Shown here piece by piece: positions 13,501 through 27,527 of a DNA stretch of 64,000 bases. The position numbers and the translations under genes are program-made. The notes beneath the pieces are model-generated. The model worked only from the letters and a program-made list of their open reading frames with translations, was not told the DNA's origin and did no database searches. The first letter of the stretch is position 1. Each line of letters starts with the position of its first letter. The stretch lies in contig NC_043007.1 in assembly GCF_006345805.1 (NCBI RefSeq), positions 28,334,001-28,398,000 of the forward strand. The letters run 5' to 3'. Source of the stretch: Octopus sinensis. Lineage: Eukaryota.

Positions 13501-14560
13501 ATAATTTAAAGTTTGCAACATTTAACTTTTTGGGTACCTTAGGACCAGACTGTTGACTTTTAGGCATTATCAAAAAATCTATTTTTCCATGCACTAGACG
13601 ATGGTCAGTCCAGCTCTCTGCTCCTCTCATGGCCCAAATGCTAGAAACGTCTTTCATATCACCGTTTCTGATCAAAATATAGTCTATGAGATGCCAGTGC
13701 TCAGATCTTGGGTGCATCTAGATGGTTTTATATTTAATTTTCTGCTTAAACAGAGTATTGGTGACAACCAGATTATTCTCAGTACAAAACATCAAAAGGG
13801 CTACTCCATTTTTATTATGTTTTCCAATCCCATGTCAACCTAAAACAGGCCATGAAATGCAGTCCTTTCCAACTCTTGCATTGAAATCTCCTAATATGAC
13901 CTGCTTGTCTGAAATTGGTACTTTCCTCAATAATTGTGCTAGATCATCATAAAACTGTCCTACAATTTTCATTAGCATGGGATATTGTTGATGCACAAAT
14001 ACTGACAACGGTAAGAAACCTACCATTTGACATGGTTTGTTCTGATACACTACTTGGAAGCTCTGCAATGGAGGATACTAATGTATTCTTGAGAGCAAAC
14101 CCAACACCAGATTTTCTATGCTGACCCTTAGATAGGCCTCTCCAAAAGATAGATTGTTTGACCACAGTGGCAGGATGACGACCAAGCCCAGCCTGTGATA
14201 CACTGAGACACCTGCTGAGCCAGACCTATTACTCTGACATTCGTAAGCCTTTTTAGCCATCGACTGAATCTGTTTGAGACATTTTAAAGTAAGTTACAAG
14301 AGCATTTTTAAGTTTCTGCCAACCAACCAATTCAATGATTTTACTAAGATTTGGTGTACAAGAAGTGCTTGTGCAGATGAATAATTTTCAGACGGTGTAG
14401 CTTGCACTGCATTATCCCCACCTATTGGCCCAAGAAGAGTTTCACCGGTGTGAGATGAAAATTGAAAAAACCAGGAACTTCCAAGGCCTCGGGTTTTATT
14501 TCAGAGATCTCCCTCTCCTAGGTAGATTACCAACTCAGGTTAAAGAGCTTCTACCTGCCC
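10573..14560 (-). mobile_element. near-full-length degenerate RTE LINE (APE, RT, three C2H2 fingers), interrupted by a solo LTR
   Basis: APE motifs (VILGDFNARVG, WHLIDYILIR, TDHRLV), RT region (DFRGILLLSIVGK), C-terminal ORF 10618-11037 with three C2H2 fingers; 5' limit approximate. Confidence 0.88.
12387..12866 (-). mobile_element. solo LTR, Ty3/Gypsy-like (4-bp TSD)
   Basis: TGTA...TACA termini; ATTC at 12383-12386 and 12867-12870; AATAAA on minus strand; removal restores the RTE peptide PRADGIYAEVLKYGG. Confidence 0.85.
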
Positions 14561-14795
14561 CTAAGGTAAGCTATCCTATTCCAGACACCAAACCGACATT
14601 CAAACACTCTATAAAGTGATCAAATATCACTCTGGTGACCAACGCAGAGTAGCTCATTCATACATAAAAAAAAAGAAGAAAAGTACGATATGTGATTTGC
14701 AAATCTAAATAAGAATTAAATATAAATTATATAAATATAAAAAAATAAAAGATATGTAATTTTTAATATACACACACACACACACACATATATAA

Positions 14796-14835
<40 letters not shown>

Positions 14836-15330
14836 GCAGTGGAGGCACAATGGCTAGGTATTTAGGGCAGTGGACTCGCGGTTGTAGGATCACGATTTTG
14901 ATTCCCAGACTCGGCATTGTGAGTGTTTATTGAGCGAAAACACCTAAAGTTCCACGAGGTTCCAGCAGTGGGTGGTGGTGAACCCTGCTGTACTCTTTCA
15001 CCACAACTTTTTCTCACTCTTTCTTCCTGTTTCTGTTGTACCTGTATTTCAAAGGGCCAGCCTTGTCACACTCTGTGTCATGCTGGATCTCCCCTAGAAC
15101 TACGTGGAGTGCTCAGCCACTTGCACGTTAATAAATGAGCTGCGACGTCACTGGTGCCAAGCTGTATCGGCCCTTTTGCCTTTCCCTTGGATAACATCGG
15201 TGGCATGGAGAGGGGAGACTAGTATGCATGGGCGACTGCTGGTCTTCCATAAACAACCTTGCTCAGACTTGTGCCTCAGAGGGTAACTTTCTAGGTGCAC
15301 TCTCATGGTCATTCATGACCAAAGGGGGTC
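14836..15330 (+). mobile_element. tRNA-derived SINE, long central domain, tail shared with family B
   Basis: A/B-box-like head; 3' about 190 bp matches the reverse complement of 49100-49300 and 60260-60460. Confidence 0.8.
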
Positions 15331-15343
15331 ACAAATATATATG

Positions 15344-15632
15344 TACAGGACATCACCAATAGTAAACAACATGAAATACAAAAGCAAATAATGAGAGAAA
15401 CAAATGGAAAACAGAACAAGTAACATAAAGAACGATCCTTCATCAGTTGTCAGCTGTCTATCTACTCCTCATTTTGAATGCTTGAAATGAAGAGTAGACA
15501 GACAGCCGACAACTGATAAAAGGCCGTTCTTTATGTTACTTGTCCTGTTTTCCATTTGTTTCTCTCATTGTTTGCGTATTGAACTCATTTGCTTTTGTAT
15601 TTCACGTTGTTTACTGTTAGTGACGTCCTGTA
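15344..15632. repeat. about 290-bp imperfect palindrome (fold-back element)
   Basis: left arm CAGGACATCAC...GTTGTCAGCTGTCTATCTACTCCTCATTT is the reverse complement of the right arm AAATGAAGAGTAGACAG...GTGACGTCCTG. Confidence 0.85.
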
Positions 15633-16379
15633 TCCATATATGCATATGTATAGTAAAATTCAGATTCAGATGAATATGGTACCAGAATTTAGTATGGTAT
15701 TATCCATACAATTTCAAAATGGGGTGATTATAATCAAAATAAGCAACAAGGATATCCAGAGGTAATGCAGTATGATCGTTTCATGTGACTCCATTTTCCC
15801 CACCAGTTTTTTTATCTCTTTCTCCATGCTCCTCTCACATTCTTCCTTCTCTCTCTAGTTTTAAATGTCTTTATTTGATCTTCCTTTTAGATATGTGTGT
15901 GCTTGTGTGCATACATATGTAACTGGTTAAGTTACAATTAAATTGTTCAAACTCTGCGAGACAGTAATAATCAACATGGAAAAAGGAAAAATATTGTTTA
16001 CTCGTACTTGGAATCAGTATACAAGGTTTAGTGGTAGTCAGGAGATTAGTGGTACAATAGAAATTAAGCACTTCGCCCTTAGGAATAGGTCTGGCAGGAA
16101 AATCTGCTTGCCAAAAAGGTTAAGTCATACAGAGTGTGGAAGCAATGTAAAACTGACCGCTGATGTTCTCTCAGAGTTCCTACTTATACCTATGGGATAA
16201 ACTCAAAGTGTGTTCAACAACAAAGGAATGTATATACTTTATCTATCATAACCTCAAAATGACCGTAGAATTTTACTCAAACAAAGGAACTTATCTAAAT
16301 TTGACCTCGTAAATTTTTCTGTACTATCTCTGGAACAAAAAAAAAAGATGTTGGAAAATCCAGGTTAAAATTAGAAACA

Positions 16380-17560
16380 ATCTCTTACACACACATACAA
16401 CATTAACAGTGAAGCCAATAAGCCAACAATCTAGGTATAACTGACAGGGTAAAAATATTATATAAGAGGAATGCCTTCATCACAATCAAGGACCATAAAC
16501 AAAACTTTGCTTCTAATTCCAAATGCTGCCTGATCCACCTGGCCAAATCCGAGATAAGTGTAAGGAAAATCAATGACGACATAAGGAGAGCCTCCAACCT
16601 CTCCCTAGGGCACAATACCTATGAAGTAATTTCATGGTTTAATGCAAAACAGGTGAAAAGTAGGGCAAGTTTCACCCAATTCTACATAGTTGACTTTACC
16701 TGTCTATATTGAATGGATTACTGATCAAAGCACTTTCCTTTGCTAGGGGCTTCACTGATATTAGCAATAGAGACATAGCTGTCATTATGCACACCAGGAA
16801 AATGATGCTGTTTAATAAAGGTTCGACCTGGGTCAAACAAACTGACCCCAATGGCTGTTTTGATGTGGTGAGGAGCCTACAATAGCGCCGACATTTGTGA
16901 TCTAATTGGGCTATATCCCGGAAACCTTAGAGAAGAAGTTCCCTTTAGTCCTCTTTGGTCTCTACAGAGACGATGACCATCTCTAGAGGAGCCAACGGGC
17001 ACACTCTTGACAGACTTAGGAAGTACCTGACTAGTGCCCCAGGCTCCATGGGACTCAAAATAACAACTGAGACCAACTTCACAATTGTAACCTTCCTGGA
17101 TGTCACACTAGACTTGAGCTCCTGTTCATACAGGTCCTGCAGCAAATCAGACCAGAGGCTGTCCTACATCAACACAGCTTCATGCAGCTTGTCCATCATG
17201 TTTAGGAGCCTAGTGAAGGATGTCAGCAAGAGGATCTTGAACCTATCCTCAAATCAAGAAATTTTTGACGTATCGGCCCTCCATTACAGTGAGACCCTGG
17301 TGTTCAGTGGGTCTAAGGACCACATCTCCTATATGCTGGGCCTCACAAAAGGGAGGTAGTTTGGTTTGCATCATCCCACTTCTCCCACAACATTAAAACT
17401 TGTGTGGGAAGGATATTCCATAGCTTAGTAGACAAGCATTTCGTGCAGACACAGAGATGGATGTTTGTTCAATAGGCACAACCTAATAGTCTCCTTTAGC
17501 TGTGCACCCAACATTAAAAAAATACTTGTGAACACCGCTGAAATGTGAGTAGGGGCTGGT
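16380..17560 (+). mobile_element. degenerate Penelope-like element RT region
   Basis: AFITIKDHKQNF..KCCLI, FTQFYIVDFY, ITTETNFTIVTFLDVTLDL, LSYIN motifs characteristic of PLE RTs; many stops and frameshifts. Confidence 0.8.
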
Positions 17561-18189
17561 TTCTCATACAGGGAGTACAATGAGTACCCAGTGAGGGAGG
17601 GCAAAACGAGGCTGAGAAGGGTCATACGACACATGTGAGGTAGTGGCGGTATTTGGCTCTCACAACAAGAATAATAGCAGCAGCAGCTCATCCAACAACA
17701 TTGGCAACAACAATGATAACTCTGGAGGCGGTGGCAGCAGCAACACATTAAGCGGCAGAGACACCAATACCGACAACTACGACCGCAGCACTACAGCCGA
17801 AGATGACAGCCACGCCAGCACCAGTGGAACTACTGATCCAATGCCCAGAAATAACAGCACCGACAGCAACAACAACAACAGCAGGTCCATAGCCAACGAA
17901 AGAAATACCAGAGGCAATAATACTACTAGCACTCAAATTCAGAAATATATATGGGTAAGTGTTGCAATTTGATCCCCTGTGACTGCCGGTCTTATTCTAC
18001 AGTGGATGGTTTGGAACCCAAAGTGCGTTGGACACTCCTATGACCAACATCTGTGCCAGTGGCTGTAAAAAACATCTTTCAAGCATTGGGCCTCATGGAA
18101 GCAAAGACAAACGACCAAGATCTTTGGCAATATGCTGTGCTTCAGAAGAAGACCCATCAAGCTAAGTGAAATCATAGTTGTGGTGGATA

Positions 18190-18415
18190 CTGGTGTCATG
18201 CAGCTGGTACCTATGCTGCTGGCAAGTAAACACACTCATTACACTCGGGGAGAAGTTGGCATTAGGAAGGGTATCCAACTATAGAAACCATACCAAATCA
18301 GACTGGAGTCTGGTGCAGCCCCTCAGCTTACCAACCCTAGTCAAACTGTCCAACTCATGCCAGCATGGACAATGGACATTAAATGATGATGATGTTGATG
18401 ATGGTGATGATGATA
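18190..18415 (+). mobile_element. RTE 3'-tail fragment ending in (GAT)n; related tails at about 26500-27020, 32440-32800, 34290-34460, 36830-36980, 55480-55530, 62420-62470
   Basis: GTTGGCATTAGGAAGGG...CCAACTCATGCCAGCATGGA...AAATGATGATGAT matches the end of the RTE at 32090-32255. Confidence 0.8.
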
Positions 18416-20453
18416 ATATCTTTGTGAATATATTTCTTCTTGCTGAGATTTCCTTCAACAGCAACAAACCTAAATTCCCAGACACGCAAAAGAGCAAATG
18501 ACAATACACACACACACATATGCATACCCCATACATGTGTATGTAGTGCATGAAAATGAAGAGAATTAAGTGAAGACATTGAGTAAGATGCTTCATTCTG
18601 AAATACAAAGTCAACAAACCCTCATTAACAATAAATTTACCTCCAGTCCATAAGTTATATACATAGGAAAAAGAAAAACCCTATTTTAGATTATTTGGTC
18701 TAAGACATAGAATAATGATCAAGAAGTGTAGAATTTGCTGTATAACAAGATTTTGTGTTGCTTCTATTCATATAAGTTAACGACACCAAGGTCTTGGGAT
18801 GTTAAACCAGTTCTATTATGCAGCAATTTTGCTTTCTATATGATTTAAGCTATGTACACATGGTACTTTATTTGTATTGCAATAAGCATTTTCTTTGTAC
18901 CTTCAGTAATATTAAAACGAAAGGATCATCATCAGCATCAGCATCACTGTTTATTGTATGTTTTCAATGATGGCAGAGTTGCACAGTACAACAGGAGCTA
19001 CCAAAGTCAGTGGGATTGAACTAAACTCCTATGTCTGCTTTGGAACGGTTTCTTTGGCTGGATGTTCTTACTAATGCTAACCACACTGAGTACTTTTTAT
19101 GTGACACCAGCACCAGTGACATTATCAGGCAACTTGCTGGACATGGTCCCTCAAATGAAGTGGAATGTGGTATTGAAAAAAGTGACTTTAAGCTGGACAA
19201 TCAAAAGTATGGCAGATGGACAAGTTCCTTGCTGCAGGGGAGATAAATGGTTAAGTTTTTGAGAGCATAAAAGGATAGTGGTTCATAGAGATGGGGATAG
19301 AGTTGTGGAAGTGAGATTTGTCAGGGACAGATTGGGTACATAATCTCATTATTTGCTTAGATGGACAAGTATTCTTAAATACAGCAAATTACCAATCCTC
19401 TCAGTTCTTTGCTTTCTCTTCCATGAGACTCAACACCCAGAGGTCATTCTTCATTATTTCATCCCATGTCTTTCAGTAGAGCTACATTTTGGATATCTTG
19501 AGAAACTCTGTGTCAGAAGAAACTACACTGTCATCATCCATGTATCAATTTTGGCCAAACTGCATGTGACATTCACAGCTGGACACCACTACATCCAACA
19601 AGAGATAAGGGGCTGCAATGTTGTACAGCACATGTTCATAATAGAAAATGGCTGAATATTTGATCTTCAATTTTTCAGCACTATTCTAATTGTTGTACAC
19701 CTGATGTAACAACCGGATGTTTGTTTGAAACCATTTATGGAGGAGTTTCAAGGGTACTGGGGATCTGTAGGTAATTCTAAAGGTTTACTTCAAAAACAAA
19801 ATATAACAAACAACAAAAAAAAGAAATCATTTTTCAATACAGAAATGAAGACAGCAAAACAATTTTTACATATTACAATATTAATTAAATTTTTCTTTCT
19901 GATAGAAATAAATACACAACTGAAGTGAAATAACGAAGAAATACAAAGGAGATGATTAGAATACAGGGGGAATAACGATACAAAATACAGGGACAACTTG
20001 GGTAAAGTTGGAGTATTATGCAAAAAATGCATAAAATGTGTAAGAGCTCTGTCCTTCTGATGTCTCACTGACTCTTGTAATTCTTGTAGATACATATGTA
20101 TGCATGCATACATACAAGTATGCTTGAGTGTAAATATATGCGTGTGTGTATGTGAATGTGCACGTGTGTATGTGTATGCATGCACTTAGGAAGGGTACAA
20201 TTTGGATAAAACCTGAACATTTTGATGAAAAGTTACTAGGAAGTCCTGTGCACAAAACTTTTGGGAATGGGAAAAAATTACATTTTTTACAAAAACAAAA
20301 ACTTTGTTGAGTTTAAGAACAATAACTCTTGATTTGGAACTGAATAGTTATGTCAAGGAAAAATCATTTTGGAAATCCAGCTTAGAAGAGACATCATAAA
20401 TGAAATGGACAGAGAGTGAGAAAGAGAAGTTTTATATATACATATATATATAT

Positions 20454-20509
<56 letters not shown>

Positions 20510-20689
20510 GGACAGAAATAACAAAAGGATAAAAGACTGAATAGATAACTGTGGGAAGCAATGCTGGGAAAAAGGAAGCAAGGTGTCATTTCTGTAAAGC
20601 AGCTTGCATCAGTATTTTAAAAAGTACTTCACACTCTAGTATTTGGGAAACTCCTGATCTCACCCTCTGTCATGGGACTGGTGTAGTAA

Positions 20690-21510
20690 TTTAATGACTC
20701 ATCAGTTGCAATGGTAAGGGCAGGACCAAATTTACTCAATTTAACATCATAGAATTTTATCTGTGCAAAAAGTAATTGACTCAGGGACTGGAGTTTGCTG
20801 ATATTTCAAACCAGAAAACATTCTTCATTGATAAGGATTCAGCATGTTCCAAATAATCTAACACAAACAGTTCCTTTGTCTTCCCATGACAAAGGAACCA
20901 AGGGAATAAGATCATTTAATAGTCCCAATGTCTGCAACCTCATTGGAGGCTCTTATTGGATGCACTGCGTATGAAGCTTTCATCGACAACATTATCAAGC
21001 TTTTCAAATACCTTGGGTTTAGTATCACAGCAGAAACCAATCTCACTATAGTCAGCTTCTGGTTATGTGACCATATATTTAGGTACTAGGTCATACAAAT
21101 GTTTCTACAAACCCATTAGGAAGCTCACCGACATTTAACATCAGGTTTTGCCAACCAGAACTAATGCTAAAGAACTTAGTTCAGGAAATGAATATAAGAA
21201 TCTCAAACCTAGATGACAGGTCTGAGATTCCAGGCCATCCTATCTTTGATAGAGTGCCCCATTACAACAATGCTCTAGCAGCAAGCAGCTCTCAGGAGAT
21301 CCCTTACACACACAACCCAAACTCACCAAAAGACAACACTATCACAATCTGATCTGGTTCATATTGCATTTAATTTTAAATGTGGTATAGTTAAGGTCTT
21401 CCTTAATTTGCTTGATAAGTATTTTCCTCAAACACACAAGTATAGACACCTTTGAAATAGACATATGCTTAAGATTGCCATTAGTTGCACAGCAAACATA
21501 AAGAGTTTTC
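20690..21510 (+). mobile_element. second degenerate Penelope-like RT/C-terminal fragment
   Basis: LGFSITAETNLTIVSF, PHYNNALAAS and downstream remnants parallel to 17000-17520. Confidence 0.6.
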
Positions 21511-22309
21511 TTTCACACAAATCCACTCTGAATGCTGAGTGTGAAGCACTGAAGTGGTTCATGCAGAGATTCCTTTGTTTGCTTAATGATCAGTGCAGCA
21601 CAGTCTGTTGAGATGGTCAAACAATGCATCCAACATAAAAGTGCTACACTAGAATCCCAAAGGTCCCCCACTTCAATAAATGCTTGCACAACCACACAAC
21701 ATTGCTGTAGAACAGCATTACTCTGATGAAGCACATATGACAGTCTAAGAAGGCTGCAAACTGCAACAAATGGAGGCGTTGGACAAATGTAAGTCTTGTT
21801 CCAACAGATGTCGCAAATGTGCATTGTATTTAGCAGAGAAGAAACAAATACTTAAGAGCTGCCTCATGTCTAAAATGTACCAAAATGACAAGTCAGAAGC
21901 TTTTACACCTTTACCCAAACAGAAATACATTTTAAAATATCGGTCCTGTCTGGATTAGGGAAACAACACCATTGCTCCCTCTTTCTCATCTCTGCTTTCT
22001 GCAATTGACTCTTCATTCAGCCTTTCATCCTTTTAATATTTCTGTCCATATTTTATTCTTATCTCCCAACACCTCTTTCTCCACATACAACTCTGTCTTT
22101 TCCTTCCTCTCCACACATATATAATAATCCATTTCTTCTGATCTGGATTGTCAAAGTGAATTTTCCCCAGACAAATTTTTGATTCGCAGTCATGCAGGAG
22201 TTCCATAGCAGTCACCTTTGGCAGTGATCCATAACGTGCCCTTCTGATGTGCATGACACATTATCCTATTCAAACAAACATGGACAGGGCCATTATTTGT
22301 TAGCAGGGT

Positions 22310-22689
22310 CATTAAACTATATATGCATGTGTGTATGTGTGTGTGTGTATGAATATATATAGATATATATTATACAGATATATATGTGTATGTATAATAT
22401 ATATATTACACATACACACACGCACACACACACACACACACACGCACCTCATGTCGTCAGTATGCAAATTGTGTCTCATAAGAAAAAAGATACTTCAATA
22501 TTTCAATGATGTTCTTTTGGTTTCCAAACTGAAATGGATCAAAGGTATTGGTGATTGGAGTATATAAACATTATATATTTGTGTGATATGTGTGTGTGTA
22601 TACATATATACATACATATATATGTATATATTACGTATATACATACTCATTTATATATGTATTATGTATATACATATTTATATATGTAT

Positions 22690-22747
<58 letters not shown>

Positions 22748-22754
22748 TATATAC

Positions 22755-22802
<48 letters not shown>

Positions 22803-23099
22803 GAATGTATGTATGTATAGGGTTATTATTTTAAAACAATGATAAGAACATATTATTCACTGATGGGGAAAACCAAAACTGAAAGTAGAGGCAAATTTAT
22901 ATCAAATTTGCATTAACTGCATTAAGTTTCACCTGACAGCTTATTGAACCATTCTGGCTGAATAAACCATCAGACAAAACTTAAAGTGTCAAAACATACT
23001 TTATAACATATATGCACACATATTTATGTGCACACATACACACGATACAAATTTACACACACACAGATATGTGTGTGTGTGTGTATATATATATAATAT

Positions 23100-23141
<42 letters not shown>

Positions 23142-23178
23142 CATATATATATATAAAACATAATATGCACATACATAC

Positions 23179-23224
<46 letters not shown>

Positions 23225-23420
23225 CACACACACACACACACACATACATGTTCAGCAAATGAGAAAGAAGTGCTGAATACATGTAGTGAAACAGGCCCAG
23301 AAAACAAGTTGCAAGACAAACCTTCAGCTTAAGTTTCAAAAAAAAAAAAACTATATATATGTGCATATCTGTGTGTATACATACATACATACATACACAC
23401 ATGTGTGTGTGTGTGTGTGC
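22310..23420. repeat. compound (AT)n/(CA)n/(TG)n microsatellite field
   Basis: direct reading of the sequence. Confidence 0.9.
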
Positions 23421-23677
23421 GAGTCATTTTGTTTGAAGGTAGGCAACTATTAACTCATATGCCTTACCAACAAATATACAATGTTTACATAATACACTGA
23501 GCACTCTTTCCAATTTATGCACATATATATGTGCAATGTGTGTGATGTGTGTGTGTGGTGTGTGTGTGTGTGCATGTGCGTGTGTGTGTGTCAATCACCA
23601 GGCTAAACTCTTTAAGAAGTCAACCATTGGAATGGATAGATACATCTATTGAAATATGTATCTTGGTAGTGGCACCA

Positions 23678-23832
23678 TCAGGAAATAATCAACAAGAGCA
23701 TAGCTGCAAACAGTTCCAAGAAACATGCAAGTGCAGCTAATCCAGTTGACCAAGATATCTGGGGTGTTTCTTTTGGACTGGATTCATCTAGTTTGGAGTA
23801 AAACATTATAATACTGGTGGAGATAGCAGAAA
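23678..23832 (-). CDS. claudin/PMP22/EMP-family tetraspan protein, coding exon 3 (TM3-TM4, stop)
   Basis: polypyrimidine tract and CCAG acceptor at 23833; phase 1; VSAISTSIIMFYSKLDESSPKETPQISWSTGLAALACFLELFAAMLLLIIS*. Confidence 0.85.
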
Positions 23833-23949
23833 CTGGTGACAGAAAGAAAAGACAAAGATTAGTTAATGATGATAATATAAAAATTGTAACAGGTAATATG
23901 AGGAATTATTGATAACTGGTATGCAAACAAACACACACACACACACACA

Positions 23950-24128
23950 CATGTAAATGTTTTAAATATTTTTTAAAGCCAAAATAATGCAGATTATAAA
24001 AATTCATAATACAGGTCAATGGTTATTACTGTTACCATTTAATAGTACTATCCATCAAACTTTACTTTAAATTTTTTAACTTACATTGTTTTGGCTTTAA
24101 AAAAAAATTTTAAACATTTATATACATG
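23950..24128. mobile_element. small MITE-like element with about 45-bp TIRs
   Basis: CATGTAAATGTTTTAAATATTTTTTAAAGCCAAAA versus TTTTGGCTTTAAAAAAAAATTTTAAACATTTATATACATG. Confidence 0.6.
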
Positions 24129-24480
24129 GGACAATGTGTCATGAAAACTATACTAATGTAAAATACATGCATATACTTTCAGACATAAGGAAAAAATTCT
24201 GCAACAACACTTTTAAAATAGATTTGGAGCTTATAAAGCAAAGGAATCAACTACAATATCAAATGGTCTGTTTTAGAATCTGCTCCAGCTCATACCAAAT
24301 ATAACGAGTGTCATCTCAGCTTAGCAGAAAAACTTGATTTCCTCGTGTCCCCATCAAAGGAAGTTCCTTGTATGATTCTTCTACCCATTACTTCACCCTA
24401 ACCATTCAAAACTCTTTCTCAGCTTGCCACTAAAATGTTCTCTTCTCCATGTTGTATATCAGCCTTTACACATTTAATAC

Positions 24481-25666
24481 ATTGGGTCATCCCATAAATG
24501 AATTCTTTATACTTTTCTATTTTTTCAAAATTAAGATAAACAAAGTACTTTTTTAGTCTAAAATATACACTTCATTTTCCATCTATCTAACAGACTTGCA
24601 AGGGCTCTCTTCTAAAATTCATATGTCCATTATGAAAAATACTCCTCCAGTACTGTTCTGACCTTGTCTACAGAATTCATATTTTTTTCTGCCCAAATGA
24701 TTTTGAAAACTGCGATATAAATGATAATCAGATGAGGCAATGTCCAGCGAATATAGTGGGTGGGGCATCGTTTTCCATTCAAACTGCTCCAGTCTTTGGA
24801 ATGTCATTCTCGCTGTATGTGGCTGAGCATTATCCCAATGGAAGAACAGCTTTTGTCTTGAAACCAAAGATGGTCATTTTCCTTCTAGCAATGAAGCGGC
24901 TCACAGTAGATCTCCTTTGTTTGTTATTGCTTGGTTTGGGTTTAAAAGTTCAAAATTCACTAAACCTTTCATGTCTCACCAAACATATAACAATATCTTA
25001 CGTGGGGGAAAATCTTCTTTAGCCTGGGGTGCCAGTATTTCTCCTTTTCCTACCTACTGTTTTCAGTGCTTGACATTTTTATAGAGAACCCATTTCTCAT
25101 CATCAGTCACTATCTGGTTCAAAAAAGGTTCATTCATGGGACGTGACAGCAAAGAAGAGCACACATTCACTCTCTCTGTGTGATTAGACTTAGAAGGTTT
25201 GTGAGGAACCCATTGACCCAATTTGCTGACTTTTTGATGAATGGTTGAATGACCAAATCCAAGCTTCTCTGCTAGTTCTGTGAATTTGCTCCACCAATGT
25301 TTGTAGAACATCCTCGTCAAACTCTATAGATCTTCCAAGACAAGGTTCATCTTCTAGGCTGCAGTTTCCAGCTCGGAATTTCTGGACCAACTGTTGACAC
25401 TGGCTTATGCTTATTGTCCAATCCCCGTATATGGCTTTAATACTCCTTGCACCTTCTGTTGCACTGTTGCCTTTATTGAACTCATAATGCAAAATATGCT
25501 GAATATGTTCCTTTGTCACTTCCATTATAGCTTTGAAAAAATAACTGTTAAAATCGAACTGCACTCTTCAAAACTTGCTATAAAAGCAGGTAGTTTATCC
25601 CATCCCCCTCTGACTTTTAGTTCATGCAATTGAGAAAACTGCATTATTTATGGGTATGACTCAATA
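24481..25666 (-). mobile_element. degenerate mariner (DD34D-type) transposon
   Basis: HTH N-terminus, IVTDDEKW, HWDNAQPH, HPLYSLDIASSDYHL; imperfect TIRs ATTGGGTCATCCCATAAAT and TTTATGGGTATGACTCAAT. Confidence 0.9.
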
Positions 25667-27371
25667 CATTACACGCCAACCTCATGCTTCAACATTTTAC
25701 ATTACAGTTTGGACACCACTTTCCTTACATCACCGTTTGCTATACTGCTCTCTTCTGTACTTTTTATTACGATAGAGCCAATTACACTAAAGAAGAATCA
25801 TTTACTCATCAAACGCAGAGTGACACTTGACTGATATATCTTACTTCATTTCTTATATTGCAGTTCAACCATCTTTTCTATCCATTTTCATTTTACTTCT
25901 GCACATATTTATTTATACAAACTTTATTCTTTTACTTATTTTATTTTCACTTAGATCAAATCTAATCATTTATTTGTTTCTACATTTATTCATGTAAGTA
26001 TTTATGCACTATTCAGTTATATTTCACATTACTGTGTGCATACATCTAATATGTTCATGTGCGTAGAAGTATATAGATGTATGTGCATTTATTCTTATTT
26101 ATTCAGTTACATGTGCTCGTGCATATATGTGAATTCATATTCATGTTTTAGATGTGTAATATGTATGCATAAATATATTTTGTGTGTGTATATGAACATA
26201 TGTATGCAGGTGTATAGATATGTATGTATGTATATAAGCATGTGCATATATATATGCACATATATGCCAGCATGGAAAACGGACATTAAATGGTGATGAT
26301 GATGATGATACACACACACACACATACACATGTATTATGTATTAGTGAATGCAAAGGTTCACACATATATGCATTTGTGTGTACGTGTATGTATATGTTC
26401 ACATGAATGAGTGAGTGCATGCACACATGTATATATGTTTACATATCAAAATTGTAAACAGAGTTTACTATGCCCCTCCCACAACCAATATACATACAAC
26501 TAACCAAACCATCGTGTGGCACATAAGAGCACTTGCAGTGGTTGGCATTAAGAAGAGCATCCAGCCATAGAAACGATGTCAATCACACTGGAGTCTGGTG
26601 CAGCCCCTCAGCTTACTAGCCCTAGTCAAACTGTCCAACCCATGCCAGTATGGACAACAGACATTAAAAGATGATGATGATGATATATAAGACCCTCTAT
26701 TATGAAGTATTACAGAGTTTATCACACTTCTGTGACCTGTCCACAACCACAATTCCACTCAGTCACTTGTCAAACATCTCCAAAAGAAAATTGTCTTCAG
26801 GCTTGTAAGTGCTGGTACCACAAAAGAGAGAAAAAAGCATCCACACTGGTGCTGTGCAAAAGCACCCAGTCCACACTCTGTAAAGTGGTTAGCATTAGGA
26901 AGGACATCCAACCATAGAAACCATGCCGAAACAGGCATAGAGCCTGAACAGCCCTTCAGCTTCTGTCAAACCATCCAACTCATGCCAGTATAGAAAACAG
27001 ACATGAGAATGAAGATGATGATATTGTTAAAGTATACAATATAGGTTGTGACACAGATCTCCAACAAGAACAGATGCTATTGCTCCTACTATCAACAAAG
27101 TTAAAATTCTTTTATCATTATTATCTTTGTAAATATGATCCAGGATCCACTTCAGGATAAGCAACAATGTTACATCACCGCTAAATATCTAAGATATTTT
27201 TGTTCTTTCTCAAGAAATTTGTTTTGTTTCTTTCATTCTGTAATTTATTTTTTAAGATATTTACAAACTTAAGTCACTGTAACCAGCCTTGCACTTAACC
27301 TACCCAACAGTATGTATGAGATGGAATAGGGCTGTTATTTGTCTGTAGAAATCACAACACGAAAGACTTAC

Positions 27372-27527
27372 CAGATAAGAGACACAGAGCAGACACAGTC
27401 ACCTGGCGATTAGTTCGCAAAATAATTGGGAGATAGACATCAATTCTTTTGGACAAAAGCATCATCATGGAGACCACAAGACTAATCCACCCAGTGAGGC
27501 TGAGACCTTGCATTACATGGTACCATG
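27372..27527 (-). CDS. claudin/PMP22-family protein, coding exon 2 (TM2 and loop)
   Basis: TTTCCTTTCTAG acceptor, AWYHVMQGLSLTGWISLVVSMMMLLSKR...ALCLLS, GTAAG donor; 156 nt, phase 1/1. Confidence 0.88.

Noticed and set aside
15440-15560. Hammerhead call for the 15.3-kb palindrome
   Set aside because: CTGATGA is present but there is no downstream stem II/GAAA, and a permuted fold gave no convincing stems.
17643-17972. Asn/Ser/Thr-rich 109-aa ORF
   Set aside because: Translation of a degenerate CAA/CAG repeat with no splice signals or ATG support.
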